A DNA stretch of 55,017 nt from the IMG/VR virus record IMGVR_UViG_3300031741_000002, positions 1-55,017 of that record. One strand, given 5' to 3'. The position numbers were made by a program, and so were the translations under genes. A model generated the notes under the pieces. That model was not told the origin of the DNA. It did no database searches and saw only the letters and a list, made by a program, of their open reading frames with translations. This stretch comes from a virus (Duplodnaviria > Caudoviricetes). Positions 18,157 through 26,272 of this stretch are shown one piece after another (positions within the stretch are counted from its first letter, which is position 1; the number at the start of each line of letters is the position of its first letter).

Positions 18157-20003
18157 AAATAGAAGAACTAAAAGAGAGAATAGGTGATTCAGCACAGGAT
18201 ATTATTGTATCCGGCATGACTCTTGAGAAAAAAGGCACAGCTTATGAATGTCCTTACCGTGATCATAAAAAAGGTAAATCCTTTGCTGCTCAATGGTATA
18301 ATCAAGGGTTTCACTTTAAATGCCATGATTGCGGACGTTTATTTGATATTAGTGATTATGCCGCAACGCGCGGAGATAGAATGCAAATACTCCATGACTT
18401 AGCTAATGTTGAATTTAAAAAGTTTGAATTTAAAAAGATTGAGCCGGTAACAAAAGAAAAATCTCAAAGTGGAATAGAATACTTGGTACAGCGTGGAATT
18501 TCAAAGGAAACCATAAAAGAATACCATATAACCTGCGATGAAAAATGGATTTGTTTTAATTATTGTTTGCCTGGAGATGGTGGGCTTGTTAAAATAAAAC
18601 AAAGAATTATAGGGGAATGTCAAAATGGGGAGAATAAATATACTGCTCCGGTAGGTGGACAAAATATATTGTACGGAATGCACCTTTTAAAGACACAGAA
18701 ACTACTAGCTATATGCGAGGGAGAGATTGATGCACTATCGTTGCGAGAGTGCGTTAGAATGGCTCAAAAAGACGATTGTATACTCTGCTCCAGCATTCCA
18801 TCTGGCTCTAAAAGCTTCGGATGGATTGATATTTGCCGAAATTGGCTCGATTCTTTCGATGGAATAATATTGGTTCCCGACTCAGATAAAGCAGGGAGTG
18901 AATTTTTAGAAAAAGCAAGTGAATTACTAGAGGGGTATAATTTATCAAAAATAGAACTTCCCACAAATGATGTAAATGAGTATTTGAGAAGTGCCGATTA
19001 TAATCCGGTAGAAATATTTGGATTGGTTAAAGCAATATTGCCAGAGATTAAGGGTATTAAAAATAGTATTAAAGTTGGAAAACATAAAAAGAAAAAGTCT
19101 ATTGCAACCGGATATTTAACGCAGGATTATAATGATTCAGGTTATAGGATGGGATGTTTGTCTCTTTATACCGGCCGGCGCGGAGAGGGGAAAACCACCT
19201 ATACAAGACAGGGATTAATAAGTGTAGCCAAACAAAAAGAAAAATGCTTTATGTTCTGCGGAGAAACGACCATTGAAAGCGAAAAAAATAAACTCGCCAG
19301 ATTATGTGCCGAAAATACTGAAATATCATCTAGTCAAAATATAGGTGGCCGGATAGAGTATTATGCCAGCGATAAAGCATTAAGCAATTTTAATGAACTA
19401 TATGGTGAATATATTTTATTATCCGACTGCGAAACCATGAAACAGGCGTTCCCGGAACTAAAGAAAAGCAGCAAGACATTATTTGACAATTTATTGCTTG
19501 AGATGAAAAAACTTGCTCGATCATTTGGAGTGAGAATATTCATACTCGATAACCTTATGGTGTTCTGTAATAATATGGGGCAGGGCAAATTCTCGATGCA
19601 GGAATATATTGCGGCTAATTTAAAATCATTTGTAAATGAGTTCGGCGTACATTGCTGTCTGATAGCCCACCCAAAAAGCGGAGAGGGTTATCAAAAAATA
19701 TCTGGCGCACAAGAAATAGAAAATATTGCCGACTCTATATTCCGCTATGTTCGTATTGATGAAGAAATAGTTAATAAGTTGGCAAAAAAAATGCCTATAC
19801 ACACAAGAGATAGAATATCGGCTATGTTATTAACCGAAAAAGTTAGGGATGATGGTTCAAGTATAATATCTTTTCTTGAATGGGATTCCAAGAGAGGCGC
19901 AGTATATGACTTGAGCTTAATGCACCAGGCAAGTAATTATGAACAAGCAGGGTTTTGGACTCGCCAAATAGGACAATACACACAAACAGACCAACCAAAA
20001 TAG
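18153..20003 (+). CDS. Primase-helicase (T7 gp4/Twinkle-like)
   Basis: Zn-binding CP..DH..CHDC, TOPRIM CEGEIDALS and PDSD, Walker A GRRGEGKT, ILDNL, IAHP, ISGA. Confidence 0.9.
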   Translation: MKIEELKERIGDSAQDIIVSGMTLEKKGTAYECPYRDHKKGKSFAAQWYNQGFHFKCHDCGRLFDISDYAATRGDRMQILHDLANVEFKKFEFKKIEPVTKEKSQSGIEYLVQRGISKETIKEYHITCDEKWICFNYCLPGDGGLVKIKQRIIGECQNGENKYTAPVGGQNILYGMHLLKTQKLLAICEGEIDALSLRECVRMAQKDDCILCSSIPSGSKSFGWIDICRNWLDSFDGIILVPDSDKAGSEFLEKASELLEGYNLSKIELPTNDVNEYLRSADYNPVEIFGLVKAILPEIKGIKNSIKVGKHKKKKSIATGYLTQDYNDSGYRMGCLSLYTGRRGEGKTTYTRQGLISVAKQKEKCFMFCGETTIESEKNKLARLCAENTEISSSQNIGGRIEYYASDKALSNFNELYGEYILLSDCETMKQAFPELKKSSKTLFDNLLLEMKKLARSFGVRIFILDNLMVFCNNMGQGKFSMQEYIAANLKSFVNEFGVHCCLIAHPKSGEGYQKISGAQEIENIADSIFRYVRIDEEIVNKLAKKMPIHTRDRISAMLLTEKVRDDGSSIISFLEWDSKRGAVYDLSLMHQASNYEQAGFWTRQIGQYTQTDQPK

Positions 20004-20013
20004 GAGAACGACC

Positions 20014-20358
20014 ATGAGTAAGCAATCGGCAGAAATCAATCGGCTAAAAGAAGTAATTCAATCAGAGGCATTAAAGAACTGTAAAAAGCGTGAAAAATTA
20101 CATTTGAAAGTAGTGGCGCTTCGTAATAACACAATAGAGGAAGCCGAAAAGCACAAAGTTCTTATAAATCACGCCATTAAGCAGCACCAAATTGTCAGTA
20201 ACGACTTGGGTAAAGTTGAAAAGGAACTCATTATGCTGCGGAATAAGTTTGTTGACTTGGTAAAAAATCGTGATGGATATAGATTTTGCGCTATAATGTT
20301 CGGCATTTTAACATATATGTTTATTTTGCGGCATGTATATAAAATGTTTATTGAATAA
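20014..20358 (+). CDS. Coiled-coil protein with C-terminal hydrophobic segment
   Basis: AGGAG RBS. Confidence 0.6.
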   Translation: MSKQSAEINRLKEVIQSEALKNCKKREKLHLKVVALRNNTIEEAEKHKVLINHAIKQHQIVSNDLGKVEKELIMLRNKFVDLVKNRDGYRFCAIMFGILTYMFILRHVYKMFIE

Positions 20359-20387
20359 AAAACCGCATACGTTTTAAAGTATGCGGT
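20357..20387 (-). terminator. Intrinsic terminator (possibly bidirectional)
   Basis: ACCGCATAC-8-GTATGCGGT followed by a U-tract on the minus strand. Confidence 0.8.
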
Positions 20388-20503
20388 ATATATCATCTTT
20401 GTTATTCTATATTCTGTTGGCTTAGTGTAGGATTAACTCATAATTGGCTCCCATATTTAGTTATTCGCGTTTATCTTTCACTTGATGCAATCAAGCACCT
20501 TAA
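20357..20503 (-). ncRNA. Candidate ~145-nt small RNA / minigene transcript
   Basis: Bracketed by its own consensus promoter and terminator; only very short ORFs fit inside the transcript. Confidence 0.5.
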
Positions 20504-20509
20504 AACTAT

Positions 20510-20538
20510 ATTATATATCCTGCAATTAAATTTGTCAA
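20510..20538 (-). promoter_or_regulatory. Sigma70 promoter of the small transcript
   Basis: TTGACA-17-TATAAT on the minus strand. Confidence 0.75.
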
Positions 20539-20549
20539 TAGGTATTAAT

Positions 20550-20577
20550 AAAAAAGATCCGGCTTTTACACCGGACC
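20550..20577 (-). terminator. Intrinsic terminator of the head/tail block
   Basis: GGTCCGGT-GTAAAA-GCCGGATC followed by TTTTTT. Confidence 0.75.
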
Positions 20578-20611
20578 AGGCAAAAAAGACCACGACAGTC
20601 TCATAAAATAT

Positions 20612-20872
20612 TTACATGAATTTTAAATCTCTCAAGACGGAGAAGTAATATGTTCCCAAACCTTGCGTGCCAACCGTAAAACCAGTATTAATTGTGATTA
20701 TATCATTAATAACAAGAACAATAACCTTGACTATGACATCAGGCTTGCCTTTTTCTTTGACAGTCTTAATTGTTGTGGTCGTGGTGCTAGACTTATCAAC
20801 AATACGAATATTATTACATCCAGCAAACAATAAACTGATACATAAAACCATCATTAAAAGTAAAAATTTCAT
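20612..20872 (-). CDS. Small lipoprotein (possible spanin-like lysis accessory)
   Basis: Signal peptide with lipobox LFAG-C; next to the holin-like gene. Confidence 0.55.
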   Translation of the reverse strand: MKFLLLMMVLCISLLFAGCNNIRIVDKSSTTTTTIKTVKEKGKPDVIVKVIVLVINDIITINTGFTVGTQGLGTYYFSVLRDLKFM

Positions 20873-20885
20873 ACAGCCTCCATTG

Positions 20886-21125
20886 TTATTTTTTGAAAAA
20901 AGCTATTGATGCTGAGATAACTCCGACCACAATAGTCATAACCGTAAATCCTATACCGGTCATTATTCCCCAAGTTTTTCTTGAAGTTTCAATCTTAAGA
21001 ACACGATCAGAGATTTTAAGAATATCTTTTAATAATCCATCATCTCCATTTATTCCAAACAGCACAACTTCTTGCCGTTTACTACGTTCGTTTATCTCAA
21101 TTAGCAATCTCTCTTGTTTAGTCAT
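20886..21125 (-). CDS. Holin-like protein with one C-terminal TM helix
   Basis: Coiled N-terminus, hydrophobic C-terminus ending in KK. Confidence 0.5.
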   Translation of the reverse strand: MTKQERLLIEINERSKRQEVVLFGINGDDGLLKDILKISDRVLKIETSRKTWGIMTGIGFTVMTIVVGVISASIAFFKK

Positions 21126-21655
21126 TAGTCCGTCTCCTCAATTTTATTAGATATTTGATATTCTATGCTTCGATATAATTCCATTTTTTCAGGATCACAT
21201 TCAGGTCTATCGCTATAATAAATTTCAAAGTCAGGCGGTAATTGCTTGTCTATCCAGAACGCATCTGAGCCTGCGCCGGCTAAACACATCTCATAAATAT
21301 TATTTCTGCGGTATCTGAAAGATTCAAACCATCCGGCATAGTCTTTTATTTGTAAATCAACATTCAAATCAAACCAATGATCTGACAACTGCTTCCAGGC
21401 GAGACCATCCGCAACACTAGGGAAGTACATAGGGAAAGTATACATCCAATCATGACAATGCGATCCAGGGTTAATATTCAACCCCCAAACTGTATCAGGA
21501 GTAACATGATAAGAAATGCTTGTTTCTGAACCTACGCCATTTGCTACTTGTTCGACCAAATCGGGGCGATGAGATAAAGCCCATTTGTAATCAGGGGCGA
21601 TATTTAAAGCAAGCCTTAATGTTTCAGCTTGGACTTTTCCGATTTCCATTAACAT
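21125..21655 (-). CDS. Phospholipase A2-like / DUF1353-related protein
   Basis: NGVG...PDTVWGL.I...SHCHDWMY...SDHWF pattern with an HD dyad. Confidence 0.5.
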   Translation of the reverse strand: MLMEIGKVQAETLRLALNIAPDYKWALSHRPDLVEQVANGVGSETSISYHVTPDTVWGLNINPGSHCHDWMYTFPMYFPSVADGLAWKQLSDHWFDLNVDLQIKDYAGWFESFRYRRNNIYEMCLAGAGSDAFWIDKQLPPDFEIYYSDRPECDPEKMELYRSIEYQISNKIEETD

Positions 21656-21732
21656 TTGGTTTCCTCTATTGATAGTGTTTTGACTTTCGTTTTACTCAGC
21701 CTCATTTTCATAGTCATGTTATGCTCCTTTGT

Positions 21733-22716
21733 TTATGGTGTAACTGCTGGATATAAATTAGGTGCGTTTGATGATGCAATACCTGATGAAGAAAATCCGG
21801 TAAATGGGTACGGCGTAGACCTTAATGTCCAATTTATCCCATCAGGGGATGTAGCAACCGCATTATGGGCGGAAACCGCTCTACCTACTGCAACAAAAAG
21901 AGTTCCATTCCACGCAACAGACCTAATTACATTTAAAGGATTTGTTCTGCTTGTCCACGTTATGCCGTCAGGGGAAGTAGCTATAAGCGCTCCATTCGCC
22001 CCTACTGCAACAAAAAGAGTTCCATTCCACGCAACGTCATACGCACTACTGGTGAACGGATTTGTGCGCGAGGTCCATGTTATAGCATCAGGAGAAGTAG
22101 CTATTGCATAATTACGTGTATCGTTTCCTACCGCGACCCAAAGTGATCCACCCCACGCGGCTTTATAGCCATCGCTATCAAACGGGCTTGTTCTGCTTGT
22201 CCACGTTATGCCGTCAGGGGAAGTAGACATTTTGCTAGCGCCAGTTCCAAGCGCTAACCAATACGAGCCATTCCATGCAATGCCACGACAACTTGACCCT
22301 GCCCATGTGAATAAACTTGTTCTGTCGGTCCATGTTATACCGTCAGGGGAAGTAGCTATTGCTCCTGTTCCGTCAGTATTGATAGACGTTCCACCCGCAA
22401 TCCAGTATGAGCCGTTCCATGCTATATCATTAATAAATGTTATAGGACTTATTCTGTTAGTCCATGTTGTGCCGTCAGGGGAAGTAGCTATACCGCCAAG
22501 CGAACCAACAACCCAAAGTGAGCCGTTCCATGCGGCACACGATCCATAACTTCCTGTAAGTAAACTTATCCTGTTTGTCCATGTGATACCGTCAAGAGAT
22601 GTCATTATCTGAGTAACACCAGTAAGAGTGTTACGGCCAATCGCTACCCAATCAACCACTTGCGCAACCATCACCGCCCCCTTATTCGCAACTCGTCTGT
22701 AAAAGTTTATGCTCAT
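21733..22716 (-). CDS. Beta-propeller (Asp-box/BNR-like repeat) protein, putative receptor-binding
   Basis: 7 x TS(P/L)D(G/A)xxWT and recurring AWNGxxW/F repeats. Confidence 0.75.
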   Translation of the reverse strand: MSINFYRRVANKGAVMVAQVVDWVAIGRNTLTGVTQIMTSLDGITWTNRISLLTGSYGSCAAWNGSLWVVGSLGGIATSPDGTTWTNRISPITFINDIAWNGSYWIAGGTSINTDGTGAIATSPDGITWTDRTSLFTWAGSSCRGIAWNGSYWLALGTGASKMSTSPDGITWTSRTSPFDSDGYKAAWGGSLWVAVGNDTRNYAIATSPDAITWTSRTNPFTSSAYDVAWNGTLFVAVGANGALIATSPDGITWTSRTNPLNVIRSVAWNGTLFVAVGRAVSAHNAVATSPDGINWTLRSTPYPFTGFSSSGIASSNAPNLYPAVTP

Positions 22717-22781
22717 GTTATGTCCTTATGTTAATAGTTTCTATGGAGCACACCCGAGGATGCACTCTAAGAAAACACTAA

Positions 22782-23528
22782 TTACAGGTCTTTAAGCAAG
22801 TCTATAATAGTTGCTCTCATATCTTCATAGACGTACTCACGCTTAGTAACACCCTCAACAGTAGTTTTGACTGTTTTGGCATACTTACGTTTTAGTTTCT
22901 TGAGCATTTTCTTATAATCCACTTCCGAAACTTCTGCTTCATCTAAGTCAATATCAGTAAGAATATTGAATATCTTATTAGCCCGAGCAACAGATAAACG
23001 CCTACCAAGTAGTACTTGACTAGCTAAAGCAAACTGTTCAGCTTTAGTGCCAATGTTATACATTGAAGCATGATAAGAAGCTTGGTATAAATTACCACCA
23101 TCTTTAAATGCTGGTACTGCTTCATCATAACGTTTTAAAGATAGGTAGCAATGTCCAAGATACCTTTTAGCCCGTCTTCCTGTGCCTGTTAAACATAGGT
23201 CTAAAGCAGACTGGTAGTCTCTAACCGTATTATGAATGACCTGCACTTTTCTCGCCAGTATTAAATCAGTATCAGTAATACCACAGATAACAGCCTCAGC
23301 ATCTACCATAGTTTTAACCTGTTTTGTGTTGAGATTATCACGTCTTGCTTTGGTAATTGTTGAATAATAAAATTTAGCTTTTGATTGATTAGTTACATCA
23401 GCCCAATAAGCGATAATAGCATCATTGTCTTTAGTTGCTTTTACAGCTTTCCATTCAGTTGCGTTGTGAAGCTTTGCGTAACTTGCGATAGCCATTACAG
23501 CTAACAACATTGTGAGTAAGAATTTCAT
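22782..23528 (-). CDS. Signal-peptide protein with TPR-like segment
   Basis: MKFLLTMLLAVMAIASYA leader after a GGAG RBS; YLGHCYLSLKRYDEAVPAF. Confidence 0.65.
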   Translation of the reverse strand: MKFLLTMLLAVMAIASYAKLHNATEWKAVKATKDNDAIIAYWADVTNQSKAKFYYSTITKARRDNLNTKQVKTMVDAEAVICGITDTDLILARKVQVIHNTVRDYQSALDLCLTGTGRRAKRYLGHCYLSLKRYDEAVPAFKDGGNLYQASYHASMYNIGTKAEQFALASQVLLGRRLSVARANKIFNILTDIDLDEAEVSEVDYKKMLKKLKRKYAKTVKTTVEGVTKREYVYEDMRATIIDLLKDL

Positions 23529-23529
23529 C

Positions 23530-24903
23530 TTATTCTCCATTTGTGACATGCCACTCGGATTGAGCAACGTTGTCGGTTATGTTAGGTGGATAGTTGCCAT
23601 CGCTACCATCGCCTGATAAAGTTATTGTGCCAGCGAATCCAGCATCAATAAACCTTTTTTCTATTCTTGCAATAATACTTCTGTTCTCCTGTTTAGTTTT
23701 ATGTGTATTGTTTCTGCTCATGTAATAGGGCACTTCACCCACTACAACGTTTATCAAAGGTAATGAAGTCTTCTTACGGACAAAGTTCATTACACCTTTA
23801 GCATAACTATTGCCAACTCCACAATTTACTGTAATCACTCCTGACATGTTGGCAGGGATATTATAAGCTACATCACCATGCTTTCTTGTTTCAGAGTTAT
23901 AGTCAAAGTAAACTTCACCAAATAGCAATATCTTTTTATTACCCTTACGGACTTGCTGTAAAGTGTAGTTTGTCCAGCCTTTTTCAGGTTGGAATAAGTG
24001 TCTGCTACTTCTACGCCAGCCTAATACAAAGCCATCACAGACTTTAGCCAGTTCCTGTAAACGTTTACCATACATTTTGGACGGCAGATAGATTGGAGTG
24101 TGTATTGATTCTTTACCACCAAATGTGAACCAAACTTTATATCCAAGCTTCTTAGCTATCTTAATTCTTTTTATCAGAGGATTAGTTCCACCACCTCTCC
24201 AACAAGCTAATACAGCGTTATAACCCATCTTCTTAAAATACTTTAGTTCGGCTCTAAGGTTTTTCTTATTGCCACCTTTTCGTATCTCAGAAATCATCTT
24301 TAGCTTAGTATCTGTGAATGGTATATATTTAATAGTCTTAAACTTCTTCTTATTAAACGCTTTCCATTTCTTGAACATGCTTCTGTTCTTTTTGCGGAAA
24401 CCTTTATCACCTGTCTTAGTGTAACGGTCTTTGATAAAAGAGGTGCTGGATTTGAACGCCATGTATTCATCAAGTGATGGCTCAAGAATCTTAGCTGTTC
24501 TTATTCTCTTTGTTTTCATCATCACTGTGTTGACTGTATTCATTCTAGCCATCAAGGCTTTGATGACATCAGCTTCGTTCACTACCGCATTATCTGTTCC
24601 GAGTCCTAGTGAATCTAAACTAATAGTGTTCGTACCAATAAGAATAGAGTTAATATAATTAGTATCAATAGTTGAAGTACCAATCATCTGATTATCTATT
24701 GTAAGTGTGGCGATATCTTCAGCTGTAAGAGAAACGTTCTCTATCATAGTTGGATGAACTATTTCGGCAAGTACTAGTGTAGGCAAAGCAATTACCGCCT
24801 CGTTCTTTAAGTCCATTGCATCAAGTTCTGCTTGTGTCGGCAAATCTTCTTGTGCAAATAAACCTAAGCTACACATCATTAAAATTAGTATTAAGTATTT
24901 CAT
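23530..24903 (-). CDS. Signal-peptide protein with possible TIM-barrel glycoside hydrolase-like domain
   Basis: MKYLILILMMCSLGLFAQ leader; ELKYFKKMGYNAVLACW...AKKLGYKVWF resembles GH clan-A beta1-beta2. Confidence 0.5.
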   Translation of the reverse strand: MKYLILILMMCSLGLFAQEDLPTQAELDAMDLKNEAVIALPTLVLAEIVHPTMIENVSLTAEDIATLTIDNQMIGTSTIDTNYINSILIGTNTISLDSLGLGTDNAVVNEADVIKALMARMNTVNTVMMKTKRIRTAKILEPSLDEYMAFKSSTSFIKDRYTKTGDKGFRKKNRSMFKKWKAFNKKKFKTIKYIPFTDTKLKMISEIRKGGNKKNLRAELKYFKKMGYNAVLACWRGGGTNPLIKRIKIAKKLGYKVWFTFGGKESIHTPIYLPSKMYGKRLQELAKVCDGFVLGWRRSSRHLFQPEKGWTNYTLQQVRKGNKKILLFGEVYFDYNSETRKHGDVAYNIPANMSGVITVNCGVGNSYAKGVMNFVRKKTSLPLINVVVGEVPYYMSRNNTHKTKQENRSIIARIEKRFIDAGFAGTITLSGDGSDGNYPPNITDNVAQSEWHVTNGE

Positions 24904-24904
24904 A

Positions 24905-25429
24905 TTATCTCCTTACCGTTCCGACTGTCATTGAAAAGACCCATTGGTCTTGCCAGCCATTTGTTCCCTCAGCAGTTGTATCAACATCAATTTGAGCATT
25001 TACTGTTGTCGCATCCGTAACCTGTAATCTCACTAATATAACATCACCTGATTGTACTCCAGCAGGATTAAAGTTGTAACTCCCAAATATTGGAATCGGT
25101 TTCGTAAAATCTATTACCCATGTGAAACTTTCTAAATTATTTACTGTTTTCCATTTCGTTCCTGATGAGTATTTCCATTGCAATAAAGCCTGTTGGATAG
25201 GTGTTCCGTTGGTTACACTCGGCACCATCTTAACGCATATTGTCGCTGGTATATTCTGCGTTCCTGCTTCTGGAACTGTTACCGTTGGATAACCAGCACT
25301 AAAATCAGGCGTTATATCCGTTTCGTTCACAGAAGTAAAATATACCACCTGCCAATCGGTCGCCGTAAACCAACAAGCACTTGCATAAATGGTTGCCGTT
25401 AAAAATAATGCTGTTAAAAACTTTTTCAT
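24905..25429 (-). CDS. Signal-peptide beta-sandwich-like protein
   Basis: MKKFLTALFLTATIYASA leader; AAGGAG RBS. Confidence 0.65.
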   Translation of the reverse strand: MKKFLTALFLTATIYASACWFTATDWQVVYFTSVNETDITPDFSAGYPTVTVPEAGTQNIPATICVKMVPSVTNGTPIQQALLQWKYSSGTKWKTVNNLESFTWVIDFTKPIPIFGSYNFNPAGVQSGDVILVRLQVTDATTVNAQIDVDTTAEGTNGWQDQWVFSMTVGTVRR

Positions 25430-25438
25430 ATTTGCTCC

Positions 25439-26272
25439 TTAATCTGTTGTTACTGTCCAGTCCCTAGACTGTAAAGTTGCTTTATCTGTTATTCCTTGTT
25501 TTGTTGGCGGTGCTGATGGTGTTTGGTTATTGCTTTCATAAGTTCCATTAGATACTCCAGCAGAAACTAAATCGGCTAAAATTCCGTTAATTTCCGAGGA
25601 TGTTAATGAGTTGCCGTGGCAATATAAATCAGTCAACGCTGTATTCGTACTCACGTCTAAGGATGTTAATGAGTTGCCGTAGCATGATAAATAAGTCAAC
25701 GCTGTATTCGTACTCATGTCTAAGGATGTTAATGAGTTGCCGTAGCATAATAAATAAGTCAACGCAGTATTCGTGCTCACGTCTAAGGTGGTTAATTGGT
25801 TGTCGTGGCAATATAAATAAGCCAACGCTGTATTCGTACTCACGTCTAAGGATGTTAATGAGTTGCCGTAGCACCATAAATAAGCCAACGCTGTATTCGT
25901 ACTCACGTCTAAGGATGTTAATGAGTTGCCGTGGCAATATAAATCAGTCAACGCTGTATTCGTACTCACGTCTAAGGATGTTAATGAGTTGCCGTAGCAT
26001 GATAAATAAGTCATTGGAGCATTACCAGTTCCACTAAAAGTAATAGTTCTAGTTCCTGCCGAACCATAATTTCTATGAACAGCAACATTTGAGCCTGTCA
26101 TTGCAAAATCTTCCGCTATTGTACCATCTCCCCAATCTACCGTTAATGTAGTGCCGTTAGCTGAGATAATGTCAAAAGTTGGGGTTATATCAGTAGTAAC
26201 AAAATTAGTAACAGTAACAATACTTCCCCCACCCCCACCACCAACCAACCTAAGCGCATCAATAGCTCGCAT
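25439..26272 (-). CDS. Leucine-rich-repeat protein with PKD-like N-domain, putative receptor-binding
   Basis: VDWGDGT motif; 21-aa LRRs of the form LTSLDVSTNTALxxLxCxxN. Confidence 0.85.
   Translation of the reverse strand: MRAIDALRLVGGGGGGSIVTVTNFVTTDITPTFDIISANGTTLTVDWGDGTIAEDFAMTGSNVAVHRNYGSAGTRTITFSGTGNAPMTYLSCYGNSLTSLDVSTNTALTDLYCHGNSLTSLDVSTNTALAYLWCYGNSLTSLDVSTNTALAYLYCHDNQLTTLDVSTNTALTYLLCYGNSLTSLDMSTNTALTYLSCYGNSLTSLDVSTNTALTDLYCHGNSLTSSEINGILADLVSAGVSNGTYESNNQTPSAPPTKQGITDKATLQSRDWTVTTD
25597..26012 (-). repeat. 63-bp coding tandem repeat, 6 full units plus 1 partial
   Basis: Near-identical DNA units. Confidence 0.95.

Noticed and set aside
20357-20503. tmRNA-like reading (ANYELILH)
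   Set aside because: No tRNA-like ends or T-arm, and too short
25600-26037. Shadow ORFs over the LRR repeats
   Set aside because: By-products of the 63-bp tandem repeat
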